DNA from: Kiloniellaceae bacterium
Lineage (GTDB): Bacteria > Pseudomonadota > Alphaproteobacteria > Kiloniellales > J153
Assembly (NCBI GenBank): GCA_021776115.1
Contig: JAJFGN010000057.1
Coordinates: forward strand, 523-64,522
DNA length: 64,000 nt
Reading direction: 5' to 3'
Position numbers and translations under genes: made by a program. Below are positions 36,783 to 47,482 of this stretch, one piece after another. How positions within the stretch are numbered: position 1 is the stretch's first letter; every line of letters starts with the position of its first letter. The notes under the pieces were generated by a model. That model was not told the DNA's origin and made no database searches. It saw only the letters and a list, made by a program, of their open reading frames with translations.

Positions 36783-38029
36783 GGACTAGCCTCGTCTGCC
36801 GGCTCGGTCCGTGGGTCGAGTTCCGCCACCGCGGGCGACATGCGGGTCACCGGAATAACCGGCTCTTGAAGATCCAACGGCACACCGGCGCGCGCGGACA
36901 TGCGGTAGAGAACGAAGATCGCATAGGCCGCGAGCACCGTACCGATAAATCCGAAAAAGGCGGCGGGCCCGACACGCCCCATGCCGAAGGCCGAAACGAC
37001 GGGGCCGAAGGTCGCCCCAACCGCGTAGGCCATGATCAGGCCACCCGCCGCCGCGACGTAACGTTCGCGCGGCAGGTGATCGAACGCCTGCGCGATGCAG
37101 ATCGGATAGATCGTCGTCATGCCGCCGCCGAGCAACATGCCGATGACAATGAAAACGCCGAAGGGCGCTTCGCGCAGGGTCGCCACGACACCTGCGGCGC
37201 ACACGGCAATGACCACGGCCAAAATGCCCACGAGCACCCGGCGCCGGTCGAAGCGGTCGGAGATTCGCCCGATCGGCCACTGCAGCACCATGCCGCCGAA
37301 AATGACGGAGGCCATGAACACGGAAATCTGAAAGACGCTGAACCCGGCGTCCGAAGCGAACACCGGTCCCATGCCGTAATAGGAACTCATGACCGTGCCG
37401 GCGCCGGCCGCGCCGACCACCGCCAGCGGGGACGCAAGATAGAGTTCGCGAATCGACAGCGCCTCGACCCGGTCGAGCTTGGGCGCCTCGACCCGGGTCA
37501 GGACCACCGGAACGATCGACAGGGAGGTCAAGAGTGCGGCCATGATGAAACCCTCCAAGGCCCGCAGGTCCCAAAGGTTGACCATGAGCTGGCCCGAGAT
37601 CCCGGCCGCGTACATGACGATCATATAGATGCTGAGCACTTGGCCGCGGGTCTTGTTCTCACTGCGTTCGTTCAACCAGCTTTCCAGAACCGCGAAGACG
37701 CCGGCGATGCAAAACCCGCTTAGGAAACGCAACAGGCCCCAGGAGACCGCGTTGAACAGCATGGGATAAGCTAGCGCGACCGCGCCGATGATTCCCGCGA
37801 ACCCGGCGAAGGCGCGGATGTGCCCAACCCCGCCGATCAGCCGGCGGCCATAGACGCTGCCGATCCACAAGCCGGCGAAATAGGCGGCCATAATGACGCC
37901 GATCGCCTCGGGCGGGAAATCCGCCGCGTCCAACTTCAGCGGCAGGGTCAGGTTCAAGAGGCTGTTGCCGGTCATCATGATCGCCGCTCCCAAAAGGATC
38001 GCGGCGACCGAGGCAAGTGTCTTGAACAT
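36779..38029 (-). CDS. MFS transporter
   Basis: Twelve TM helices. An MFS-like loop GRISDRFDRRRV lies in the second half (TM8-9 region). The ATG at 38029 is preferred; a TTG at 38065 is an alternative start. Confidence 0.75.
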   Translation of the reverse strand: MFKTLASVAAILLGAAIMMTGNSLLNLTLPLKLDAADFPPEAIGVIMAAYFAGLWIGSVYGRRLIGGVGHIRAFAGFAGIIGAVALAYPMLFNAVSWGLLRFLSGFCIAGVFAVLESWLNERSENKTRGQVLSIYMIVMYAAGISGQLMVNLWDLRALEGFIMAALLTSLSIVPVVLTRVEAPKLDRVEALSIRELYLASPLAVVGAAGAGTVMSSYYGMGPVFASDAGFSVFQISVFMASVIFGGMVLQWPIGRISDRFDRRRVLVGILAVVIAVCAAGVVATLREAPFGVFIVIGMLLGGGMTTIYPICIAQAFDHLPRERYVAAAGGLIMAYAVGATFGPVVSAFGMGRVGPAAFFGFIGTVLAAYAIFVLYRMSARAGVPLDLQEPVIPVTRMSPAVAELDPRTEPADEASP

Positions 38030-38144
38030 AAGGGTGTGAGCCCGGAAATGTATCTCTTCGCTCAATGCCCGTTTCGGCCAATGCGCGCAAGTCCGGAAAC
38101 GCCAAAACCTTTGCTGCGCGCGACCGGCCGCAAAAGGGTTCGTC

Positions 38145-39086
38145 TCAAGACCCCGCGGTCAGGCACGCGCGCAAGGACTGGGCCATGCCGCGCATTAGCG
38201 TGAAGTAGGCGGCGGGGCCCGGCGGCAATCCGGCGCCAAGCGGATCGAGCACGGCGACCTTCGCCTCGGTTCCCTCGACCGCGACGCGCACCTGAGCCGG
38301 CGCGAACTGGGGCTCTCGAAAGACGCAGACCGCACCGGTTTCGCGCAACAGGGCGCGAATTTCCGCGATCCGTCTGGCGCCCGGCGCGCGCTCCGGGCTG
38401 ATCGTAATCGATCCGACCGCGTTCATTTCGAAACGCCGCTCGAAGTACCGGTAGGCATCGTGAAAGACGACATAGGGCACGGTCCGCACCGGCGCCAGCA
38501 TCGCCGCCAATTCCGCTTCCAGATCGCGCAACCGCTCACCCAAGGCAGCGGCGTTGTCCCGGTACCGCGCCGCGTTTGCCGGATCGATCTGGGCCAGGTT
38601 CAAGGCGACCGCACCCGCGATCGCGCGCGCGTTGCGCGGATCGAGCCAGATGTGAGCGTTGAGGCCACCCTCGCGGCCTTTCAGTAGCGCGACCCCGTCA
38701 GCGCCGCTGGCTTCCAAGACCACCGCCTTTTCCGCTAAGGCGGCGATAGGTTTGGCCAAGGCGGTTTCCAGCGCCTCGCCCACCCATACAACGAGGTCGG
38801 CTTGGCTCAGCGCCCGGGCATCGGCCGGGGTCAGGCTGTAATCGTGCGGCGAGCTCGCGCCCTTTAAGATGAGGGTCGGTTCGCTTACCCCCGCCATGAC
38901 CGCGGAGACCAGACTGTGAAGCGGTTGGATGGAGACGACGACACGCGGCGCCGAGGCCGGGCGCGCCTCTCCTTGAGGCGGAACCACGGCCGCATCGCTG
39001 ACGCCGGCAGAAAAAAGAGCGACAGCCAGTGCCCCAAGCGCGCGAAATCTTGGCCCGAACAACACCGGTTTCGCTTTCCAATCCAT
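38145..39086 (-). CDS. znuA: Zinc ABC transporter substrate-binding protein ZnuA
   Basis: Cluster-9 binding-protein motifs (VVVSIQPLHSL, SPHDYSLTP, HIWLDP). It is divergent from zur-znuCB with a Zur box between them. Confidence 0.85.
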   Translation of the reverse strand: MDWKAKPVLFGPRFRALGALAVALFSAGVSDAAVVPPQGEARPASAPRVVVSIQPLHSLVSAVMAGVSEPTLILKGASSPHDYSLTPADARALSQADLVVWVGEALETALAKPIAALAEKAVVLEASGADGVALLKGREGGLNAHIWLDPRNARAIAGAVALNLAQIDPANAARYRDNAAALGERLRDLEAELAAMLAPVRTVPYVVFHDAYRYFERRFEMNAVGSITISPERAPGARRIAEIRALLRETGAVCVFREPQFAPAQVRVAVEGTEAKVAVLDPLGAGLPPGPAAYFTLMRGMAQSLRACLTAGS

Positions 39087-39092
39087 TGGATA

Positions 39093-39107
39093 TGTTATAC
39101 TATAACA
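39093..39107. promoter_or_regulatory. Zur box (perfect palindrome TGTTATA-C-TATAACA)
   Basis: Read directly in the znuA/zur divergent intergenic region. It matches the GTTATA/TATAAC core known for Zur operators. Confidence 0.7.
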
Positions 39108-39149
39108 CTCTCAGATCGGAAATGGACTGTCAAGCGTGACGGGCAGGAT

Positions 39150-39647
39150 ATGAACAAATCCACAGGCGCGCCGGAGGATGCTTTCCCTGGCGCCAGGCAC
39201 GACCATGGCGATTGCGTCGCCGAAGCGGTGCGCGCGGCGGAAGGGCTCTGTGCCGAACGAGGCGCGCGCCTGACCAAGCTGCGCCGCCGGGTGTTCGAAT
39301 TGGTCTGGTCCAGCCATGCCCCGGTCGGCGCGTACGACTTGCTGCGCCGCCTGGCCCAGGAACGCGATGGCGCCGCACCGCCGACCGTCTACCGCGCCCT
39401 GGATTTCCTGCGCGAGCATGGCCTGATTCACCGGATCGAAAGCCTGAACGCTTTTGTCGGTTGCTGCGCCCCCGGTCAGGCGCACGCCGGTCAATTCCTG
39501 ATTTGCAGCGATTGCGGCATGGCGGCGGAGATCGACGACCCGCGCGTCAATGCGGCGATTGACCGGCGCGCCAGGGAAATAGGATTCGCCGTGCACCGCA
39601 AGACGATTGAGGTCGAAGGCCTATGCCCACCGTGCCGGGACCGCTAG
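39150..39647 (+). CDS. zur: Zinc uptake regulator Zur (Fur family)
   Basis: The wHTH region (PTVYRALDFLREHGLIHRIE) and CxxC pairs (CSDCG, CPPC) are typical of Fur/Zur. Confidence 0.85.
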   Translation: MNKSTGAPEDAFPGARHDHGDCVAEAVRAAEGLCAERGARLTKLRRRVFELVWSSHAPVGAYDLLRRLAQERDGAAPPTVYRALDFLREHGLIHRIESLNAFVGCCAPGQAHAGQFLICSDCGMAAEIDDPRVNAAIDRRAREIGFAVHRKTIEVEGLCPPCRDR

Positions 39648-40465
39648 TCATGCCTCCTGAGGCGCAAGCCGCCGGGCCCGACCTCCTGGTCGAGGTCAAG
39701 AACTTGACGGTCCGGTTCGGCCAGACGTCGGCCCTGGATCGCGTCGACCTAAAAGTCAGCGGCGGCGAGATCGTCAGCCTGATCGGCCCGAACGGCGCGG
39801 GCAAAACGACCCTGGTACGCGCGGTCGCCGGTTTGATCGAAGCTTCGGCGGGCACGCTCTGGCGCCGGCCGGGCTTACGTATCGGCTATGTCCCGCAACG
39901 CCTGAGCATCGACCGCGTGATGCCGCTAACCGTACGCCGGCTCCTGACCCTGGCCCAACCAGGATCGGGCGGGCGCGACGGCAAGGTCGAAGCGGCGCTG
40001 AGGGAAGTCGATGCGGCTGACCTGATAGAACATGCCGTCCAAGACCTCTCCGGCGGCGAGTTCCAGCGCGTCATGCTGGCGCGCGCGCTGTTGCGTAGGC
40101 CGCAGCTTCTGCTTTTGGACGAGCCTTTGCAGGGCGTCGATCTGGGCGGTCAACTGGCGCTGTACGACTTAATCGGCCGCCTGCGCCGCCGCCACGGCAT
40201 GGGTGTGTTGCTGGTCTCGCACGACCTGCACATCGTCATGGCGGCGACCGATCGGGTCGTCTGCCTCAACCACCATGTTTGTTGCTCCGGCGCGCCCGAA
40301 TCGGTGCAGCATCATCCGGAGTATGTCGCCCTCTTCGGGGCCGAGGCCGCGCGCCGCCTGGCCGTCTACGCCCACGCGCACGACCACGCCCACGACCTGG
40401 CCGGAAACCCGGTGCCGGCAGCCGACGCGGGCGGTGCGGATAGAGAACCGGAACACCCGTCATGA
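39623..40465 (+). CDS. znuC: Zinc ABC transporter ATP-binding protein ZnuC
   Basis: Walker A GPNGAGKTT, signature LSGGEFQR and Walker B LLLLDEP. An ATG at 39650 is an alternative start. Confidence 0.85.
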   Translation: MPTVPGPLVMPPEAQAAGPDLLVEVKNLTVRFGQTSALDRVDLKVSGGEIVSLIGPNGAGKTTLVRAVAGLIEASAGTLWRRPGLRIGYVPQRLSIDRVMPLTVRRLLTLAQPGSGGRDGKVEAALREVDAADLIEHAVQDLSGGEFQRVMLARALLRRPQLLLLDEPLQGVDLGGQLALYDLIGRLRRRHGMGVLLVSHDLHIVMAATDRVVCLNHHVCCSGAPESVQHHPEYVALFGAEAARRLAVYAHAHDHAHDLAGNPVPAADAGGADREPEHPS

Positions 40466-41265
40466 TCGAAGAGTTTCTCCTGCGCGCCCTAGTGGCGGGG
40501 GTCGGAGTCGCGGCAGTCGCGGGGCCCTTGGGCTGTTTCGTGGTTTGGCGGCGCATGGCTTATTTCGGAGCGACCCTGGCGCACGGCGCGCTGCTGGGGG
40601 TCGCGCTCGGCCTTCTGATCGGCGTCGATCCGGTGTTCGGCATCGCCGCCTCGTCGGTTCTGATCGCCCTGATCGTCACCGGCCTGCAGCGCCAACGCAC
40701 CATTGGCGGCGATACCCTGCTCGGTATTCTGGCCCATGCCGGTCTCGCCCTGGGGCTGGTCGCGCTCGCCTTCATGAGCGGCGTCAGGATCGACCTCATG
40801 GCCTACCTCTTCGGCGATGTGCTGGCCGTGACTTGGATCGACATTCTGTGGATCTATCTAGGCGGGACCGCTGTCTTGGCAGCCCTCGCCCTGATCTGGA
40901 ACTCTCTGCTCGCGATCACGCTGAACGAGGAACTCGCGCGCGCCGAGGGCGTGGCGGTGGTGCCGCTTCAACTCGCCTTCATGCTGATCCTCGCCGTCGT
41001 CATCGCCATCGCCATGAAGGTGGTCGGCGTACTCCTGATCGTTTCCCTGCTCATCATTCCCGCCGCCGCCGCGCGCCCCTTCGCGCGCACACCCGAGCAG
41101 ATGGCCGCACTGGCCGCCATCGTCGGCGCGCTCTCGGTCGCAGCCGGCCTCTTCGCCTCCCTTCAGTGGGATACCCCCGCCGGCCCCTCCATCGTGGTCG
41201 CGGCAACCGCGATTTTCGCCACATCGTTCACGCTGGGTGGCGCGCTCGGCAAGCGGACGGCATGA
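40462..41265 (+). CDS. znuB: Zinc ABC transporter permease ZnuB
   Basis: 267 aa permease with multiple TM helices. ATGA overlap with znuC. Confidence 0.85.
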   Translation: MIEEFLLRALVAGVGVAAVAGPLGCFVVWRRMAYFGATLAHGALLGVALGLLIGVDPVFGIAASSVLIALIVTGLQRQRTIGGDTLLGILAHAGLALGLVALAFMSGVRIDLMAYLFGDVLAVTWIDILWIYLGGTAVLAALALIWNSLLAITLNEELARAEGVAVVPLQLAFMLILAVVIAIAMKVVGVLLIVSLLIIPAAAARPFARTPEQMAALAAIVGALSVAAGLFASLQWDTPAGPSIVVAATAIFATSFTLGGALGKRTA

Positions 41266-41274
41266 GGCGCCGCG

Positions 41275-41562
41275 ATGCTAATCGATGTACAAGACCCGGA
41301 CCTCAACGTCATCCTCAACGCCTGCTTCCTCGGTCTCGCGCTCCTGGCGGTGCTGTCGCTCATACCTTGGCCGATCCGAAGGCGGCGCAACCGCTGGACG
41401 TTATGGCTGCCGGTTGCCACACTGGCGCTTTATGCCGTTTACGAAGTCTTTATGCCGGCCCGCATGGATATCCGCTTGGACCTGTTTCTGATCTGGCCTT
41501 TGCTGGCGGTGGTTCTTGCGTCCTGGCTAGTTCGCATCATTCTCAAACGGCGCGCGCGTTGA
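41275..41562 (+). CDS. Small hypothetical membrane protein
   Basis: 95 aa with three hydrophobic helices. It begins 10 nt after the znuB stop. No recognisable family. Confidence 0.4.
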   Translation: MLIDVQDPDLNVILNACFLGLALLAVLSLIPWPIRRRRNRWTLWLPVATLALYAVYEVFMPARMDIRLDLFLIWPLLAVVLASWLVRIILKRRAR

Positions 41563-41634
41563 GCCACGCGCCACAACCTTTTCGACTCGTCGAAGACCGT
41601 TTGCGATCTTTCTAAGAAAGCACGATGCAAAAGA

Positions 41635-42105
41635 ATGGACATTAAAATACGTCGCGCACGGCATGAAGAAGTCGGCGTTTTGACGGAACTATCAATGCGA
41701 TCCAAACGTTCAAATGGTTATGATGAACCGTTTATGGCGGCGTGCCGGAAGGAACTGACAGTAACCGACGAGCGTCTTATCGAAGGCGAGTACTGGGTTG
41801 CTGAATCCGGCGTCGTGTGCGGATGCGCCTGTCTACTTGCCGATCCGAATACCCGCTCGGGCGAAGTCCACGCATTTTTCATCGACCCAGAGTGGCAACG
41901 CAAAGGGATAGGGCGTTTGCTCTGGCAAAAACTGGTTGAACGCGCAAAAGAAAAAGGGCTTGTAGACCTGCATCTCGATGCCGACCCATTTTCCGTTCCG
42001 TTCTATAGGGCGTTGGGATTTGAAGTGGTGGGCGAAGTACCCTCCGGTTCGATTGCTGACCGCAGTTTGCCGCGTATGACAATCGCGATTGATCGCTGCG
42101 ACTAA
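41635..42105 (+). CDS. GNAT-family N-acetyltransferase
   Basis: Acetyl-CoA binding motif QRKGIGRLLWQKL and a C-terminal FYRALGF. Confidence 0.8.
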   Translation: MDIKIRRARHEEVGVLTELSMRSKRSNGYDEPFMAACRKELTVTDERLIEGEYWVAESGVVCGCACLLADPNTRSGEVHAFFIDPEWQRKGIGRLLWQKLVERAKEKGLVDLHLDADPFSVPFYRALGFEVVGEVPSGSIADRSLPRMTIAIDRCD

Positions 42106-42242
42106 CGCCGTTGCAAAAACGATCCGTTTCGCGACAGCTTCACGCAATGAGAAGTACGTTTATCGAAGCGGGAAACCGCAGAACCGGAATGCGTGGGTTT
42201 GGTTGCACTTTACTTTGACCCTCTAAAGACCGGAGTTGGGTA

Positions 42243-42641
42243 ATGTTCAAACGTCACAATCCCGAGTCGATTTGGCCGGTACCGGAATCTTTCCAGGAAA
42301 TCTACGCTCACGCTGTCGAGGTCTCGGCGCCTCAGAAGCTTTTACTCATATCGGGGCAAATTGGCATCGCTCCCGACGGGACCGTTCCTGCCCGGTTCGA
42401 CGATCAATGCCATCAGGCTACCGACAATGTAGAAGCGCTGCTCGCGGCCGCCGAGATGTCGGCGAAAAATATTCTCCGGGTAACCTACTATTTGACGAGC
42501 GTGGAGAATTTGACGGCTTTGGCAGACATCCGCAGAACCCGTTGGGGATCGAAGGAGCCACCGGCTGTGACGACGCTCGTCGTAGCTGGTTTGGCGCGCC
42601 CGGAATTATTGGTCGAGATAGAAGTTACCGCTGGCCAGTAA
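42243..42641 (+). CDS. RidA/YjgF-family protein
   Basis: 132 aa with LLLISGQIGIAPDG and a C-terminal LVEIEVTA, typical of RidA-like proteins. Confidence 0.75.
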   Translation: MFKRHNPESIWPVPESFQEIYAHAVEVSAPQKLLLISGQIGIAPDGTVPARFDDQCHQATDNVEALLAAAEMSAKNILRVTYYLTSVENLTALADIRRTRWGSKEPPAVTTLVVAGLARPELLVEIEVTAGQ

Positions 42642-42645
42642 TCCA

Positions 42646-42740
42646 ATGAAGACAATCGGTCTTATCGGCGGGATGACCTGAGAGAGCCCCCTCATCTACC
42701 ACCAGCTTCCGACCCGCCTAGAGCGCGAACCCGGCCGTTT
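42646..42740 (+). pseudogene. Remnant of an aspartate/glutamate racemase-family gene (N-terminal fragment with an in-frame TGA)
   Basis: Reads MKTIGLIGGMT*ESPLIYHQL, versus the family N-terminus MKTIGLxGGMSWESTxxYY. The Trp position is occupied by TGA at 42679-42681. Similarity is lost before the dctP promoter. Confidence 0.55.
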
Positions 42741-42796
42741 GACACAGATCAATGAGTGCGAGGCAGGTCTTGGCCAGGATGCTAAATCGCGCGTAG

Positions 42797-43807
<1,011 letters not shown>

Positions 43808-43845
43808 CCTTTCCGGGTCGGCATAGCGGCGAGAACGGTTAGCTC

Positions 43846-44406
43846 ATGCTGGGGGGCATTGTGAACCGGCTGGAGGAGGGCATCATCGCCCTCCTGCTCG
43901 CCGTGATGGTTGTCGTGACCTTTTCCCAGGTGATCGCGCGGTACGTGTTCAATACCGGCGCCGTGTGGGCGCTGGAGTTGACCCAGTACCTGTTTGCCTG
44001 GCTCGTCCTGTTCGGCATGTCTTACGGCGTCAAAGTGGGCTCCCACATCGGCGTCGATGCTTTTGTAAAGAAGATGTCCGCCTCCACACAGCGGGCCGTG
44101 GGAATCGCCGCGATCGTCTTCTGCATGACCTACGGCGCCATCTTGTTCGTGGGCGGCTGGAACCTCGTCGACTTCGCTTACATGCTCGACATCGAATCCG
44201 AGGACCTGCCCATCCCGCAATGGCTTCCGTACCTGATTCTGCCGGTCGGATTCGGCCTCCTGTTCCTGCGGTTGGCTCAGGTCGCCTACGCCATCCTAAG
44301 CGGCCGGCAAAGCGGCTTTCAGCTCGCCGACGAGGCGGCCAAGGCGATCCAGCGCAGCCAGGAAATGGAGGGCCAAGATAGGCAATCCAAGGACTCGGCT
44401 CCATAA
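43846..44406 (+). CDS. dctQ: TRAP transporter small permease DctQ
   Basis: Four TM helices. Positioned between dctP and dctM. Confidence 0.8.
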   Translation: MLGGIVNRLEEGIIALLLAVMVVVTFSQVIARYVFNTGAVWALELTQYLFAWLVLFGMSYGVKVGSHIGVDAFVKKMSASTQRAVGIAAIVFCMTYGAILFVGGWNLVDFAYMLDIESEDLPIPQWLPYLILPVGFGLLFLRLAQVAYAILSGRQSGFQLADEAAKAIQRSQEMEGQDRQSKDSAP

Positions 44407-44451
44407 GGAGCCGGGCGGGAGCATCGGAGTAACCATCGGGGCGCAAGGAGA

Positions 44452-45861
44452 ATGACGACCTTATTTCTGTTCGTTCTGCTCTTCGGTTTCATGTACATCG
44501 GCATGCCCATCGCCATCGCTCTGGGCTTGTCCAGCGTCGCCACGATTCTTGTCTTCTCGGACGATTCGCTCGCCTCCCAAGCCTTGAAGCTGTTCACCAC
44601 GATGGAGCATTACACGCTCCTGGCGATCCCGTTCTTCATCCTCTCCTCGGCGTTCCTCTCGACGGGCGGGGTCGCCAAGCGCCTGATCAATTTCGCTATC
44701 GCCTGTGTCGGGCATCTAAGCGGCGGCTTGGCGATGGCCTCGGTCATGGCGTGCATGCTGTTCGCGGCCGTCTCGGGCTCGTCCCCGGCGACCGTCGTGG
44801 CCATCGGCACCATCGTCATCGCCGGAATGGTGTCCGCAGGCTACAAAAAGGAATTTGCCGTAGGCGTGATCGCCAACGCGGGCACGCTCGGCATCCTGAT
44901 CCCGCCCTCCATCGTCATGGTGGTCTACGCCGCGGCGACCGAGGTTTCGGTCGGCCGCATGTTCATGGCCGGCGTCATCCCCGGTCTTCTGGGCGGCCTC
45001 CTCCTGATGGGTGGAATCTACGTCCGCGCGCGGATGATCGGTCTGCCCAGGCTACCGCGGGCATCGTTCCGGGAAGTCGTCTCGACGGGGTTGGAGGCGA
45101 TCTGGGGGCTGCTCCTGGTGGTGATCATCCTCGGCGGTATCTATGGCGGCGTGTTCACGCCGACCGAGGCGGCGGCGGTGGCCGCGGTTTACGCCTTCGT
45201 CATCGCCGTCTTCGTGTACCGGGACATGGGCCCGCTGAAGGGGGTGCCGTGGCGCAACCCCGATTCGGCCGCCGGCCCCTTGGCGATCACCGGCCGCAAC
45301 CTGCTCCTGTCCGCGGCGGCGGCTCCCAAGGCGCTGTTCGACAGGGAGGTGTTCGAGGTTCTGGTCGAAGCCGGCAAGATGTCGGTGATGCTCCTGTTCA
45401 TCATCGCCAACGCCATGCTCTTCGCGCACGTCCTGACCACCGAGCAGATCCCGCAGCAGATCGCGGGGCTGATTACGGACGCCGGCCTGACATGGTGGAT
45501 GTTCCTGATCATCGTCAATATTATCCTGATTCTCGCCGGCGACTTCATGGAACCTTCGGCGATTCTGCTCATCATGGCGCCGATCCTTTTCCCGATCGCG
45601 GTCAAACTCGGCATCGATCCGATACACCTCGGGATCATCATGGTCGTGAACATGGAGATCGGCATGGTCACGCCGCCGGTCGGACTCAATCTGTTCGTGG
45701 CCTCGGGCATCACCGGGATGAGTTTGACCGAGGTGCTCAAGGCGGCCTTGCCGTGGATGGGAATCCTGGTCGTATTCCTGATCCTCGTGACCTTCATCGC
45801 GCCGATCTCGACCTGGCTGCCGAACCTGCTTTTCGGGCCCGAGATCGTCGACTTGAGCTAG
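44452..45861 (+). CDS. dctM: TRAP transporter large permease DctM
   Basis: 469 aa polytopic protein with typical DctM segments (LLAIPFFILS, PPSIVMVVY, MEPSAILLIMAPILFP). Confidence 0.85.
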   Translation: MTTLFLFVLLFGFMYIGMPIAIALGLSSVATILVFSDDSLASQALKLFTTMEHYTLLAIPFFILSSAFLSTGGVAKRLINFAIACVGHLSGGLAMASVMACMLFAAVSGSSPATVVAIGTIVIAGMVSAGYKKEFAVGVIANAGTLGILIPPSIVMVVYAAATEVSVGRMFMAGVIPGLLGGLLLMGGIYVRARMIGLPRLPRASFREVVSTGLEAIWGLLLVVIILGGIYGGVFTPTEAAAVAAVYAFVIAVFVYRDMGPLKGVPWRNPDSAAGPLAITGRNLLLSAAAAPKALFDREVFEVLVEAGKMSVMLLFIIANAMLFAHVLTTEQIPQQIAGLITDAGLTWWMFLIIVNIILILAGDFMEPSAILLIMAPILFPIAVKLGIDPIHLGIIMVVNMEIGMVTPPVGLNLFVASGITGMSLTEVLKAALPWMGILVVFLILVTFIAPISTWLPNLLFGPEIVDLS

Positions 45862-45914
45862 CGGCGGCGCGGGAACCGGCACCGGCGGGCGGATGAGCAC
45901 CCCGGCGGGTAGGC

Positions 45915-47312
45915 TCAGTTCTCCCCCTCTTCCTCCCCAATGCACGCGTCCAGAATATCGAGCGCGCGGTCGAGGTCGGCCTCCGAGATCGTGAGCGGCG
46001 GGCTGAGGTTGATGACGCTGCCCATGCTGATCTTGAAGCTCAATCCCTTTTCGAGCGCGCGGTAGAGCACGCTTTCGGCGGCGTCAGGCGCCGGGTCCTT
46101 GGTCTCGCGGTCGCGCACCAGGTCGACGCCGAGCAGGAGGCCGCGCCCGCGCACGTCGCCGACCAGCGGGTGGCGCGCCTTGATCTCCTGCAGCCGGGCT
46201 AGCGCCCGCCCGCCCAGGGTCGCGGCGCGCTCGGCCAGGCCTTCGTCTTCGATGATCTGCAAGGTGGTCAGGGCGGCGCGCGCGGTGACCGGGTTCTTCT
46301 CGTGGGTGTAATGGCCGAAGGCATAGGCCGCGCCGACATCCAGGCCCGGGCGCGCGATGGCGGCGGCGATCGGCAAAACCCCACCCCCCAGTCCCTTGCC
46401 CAGAACCAGGATGTCCGGCGTCACGCCCTCGTGCTCGCAGGCGAACATGCGCCCGGTGCGGCCGAGGCCGGTTGGGATCTCGTCGAAGATTAAAAGCGCG
46501 CCGGCATCGTCGCAGGCCTGGCGCACGCTCCGCCAAAACCCAGGCGGCGGGACCGTCGGCACGGCGCGGATCGGCTCCGCCACCACGGCGGCGACGTCGC
46601 CCTCTTTTTCAAGTACATAGCGCACGAAGTTCGCGCAAGTCATATTGCACAGATCGAGCCGGGGGGCGCCCGCCTCGTCGCAGGGGTAACCGTAGGGACA
46701 GCGATAACAGGTAAAGGGCGCGACGTGCTCCGCCCCCGCCATGAGCGGCCCGATGGCGCCGGAGCGGAACAACTGCTCGCCGCCCACGGACGCCGCGCCG
46801 AAGCCGGCGCCATGGAAGGAATCCCAGAAGGAGACCGTCTTGAAGCGCCCGGTCGCCGCGCGGGCGATCTTGAGCGCGACCTCGATCGCGGCCGAGCCGC
46901 CGGTCGTCAGCAAGACCTTGGAGAGATCGCCCGGCGCGATCGCCGCCAACTTAGCGGCCAGGTCGATCGCCGGCGCGCTGGTAAAGCGGCGCGGCGTGAA
47001 GGGCAGATCGTCGAGCTGGTCTTTGATCGCGGCGATCAGCTTGGGGTGGCCATAGCCGATCTGATGCACGTTGTTGCCGTGGAAATCCATATAGCGGCGG
47101 CCCTGGACATCCTCGATCCAGATCCCCTCCGCCTTGTGGATCGCGGTCAGGCAGGGTGTCGAGACCGCCTGATGCAGGAAGTGGCGCGCATCCGCCTCGA
47201 CCAGCGCGCGCGCCGCGTCGTCGAGATGGCGCTCGTGGAACGCGCGCCGCTGCGGCGAAAGGTTGGTCTCGCCCTCCGATTGACGGGGACCGAAATCGGC
47301 GGAGCTAGACAT
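45915..47312 (-). CDS. Class-III aminotransferase-fold PLP enzyme (omega-transaminase family; possibly a PbfA-like lyase)
   Basis: Motif DEIPTGLGRTGRMFACEHEGVTPDILVLGKGLGGG contains the PLP lysine. The ATG at 47312 avoids the repeat element. It lies immediately downstream of phnW. Confidence 0.75.
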   Translation of the reverse strand: MSSSADFGPRQSEGETNLSPQRRAFHERHLDDAARALVEADARHFLHQAVSTPCLTAIHKAEGIWIEDVQGRRYMDFHGNNVHQIGYGHPKLIAAIKDQLDDLPFTPRRFTSAPAIDLAAKLAAIAPGDLSKVLLTTGGSAAIEVALKIARAATGRFKTVSFWDSFHGAGFGAASVGGEQLFRSGAIGPLMAGAEHVAPFTCYRCPYGYPCDEAGAPRLDLCNMTCANFVRYVLEKEGDVAAVVAEPIRAVPTVPPPGFWRSVRQACDDAGALLIFDEIPTGLGRTGRMFACEHEGVTPDILVLGKGLGGGVLPIAAAIARPGLDVGAAYAFGHYTHEKNPVTARAALTTLQIIEDEGLAERAATLGGRALARLQEIKARHPLVGDVRGRGLLLGVDLVRDRETKDPAPDAAESVLYRALEKGLSFKISMGSVINLSPPLTISEADLDRALDILDACIGEEEGEN

Positions 47313-47342
47313 GTCAGCTAGCCCTTTTGCGGGACCAAGGGT

Positions 47343-47442
47343 CACCCCCACCCCGACCCTCCCCCCTCAAGGGGGAGGGAGAAATGGGTTGTGCCTGCCC
47401 TCTATCCCCTCCCCCCTTGAGGGGGAGGGTTAGGGTGGGGGG
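47343..47442. repeat. Composite palindromic element: forward unit, 27-nt core, reverse unit
   Basis: CACCCCCACCCC box, 9-bp hairpin 47357-47379, core, 9-bp hairpin 47407-47429, then GGGTGGGGGG (47433-47442). Confidence 0.8.
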
Positions 47443-47482
47443 TACTTCCGCCGACACGGCAATGTCGCGCTTCCAAGCCACG

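Noticed and set aside
41275-42105. A small upstream ORF plus a GNAT acetyltransferase might form a GNAT-toxin/antitoxin pair.
   Set aside because: The upstream ORF is a three-helix membrane protein, not an RHH/DUF1778-type antitoxin. The two genes are 72 nt apart with no overlap.
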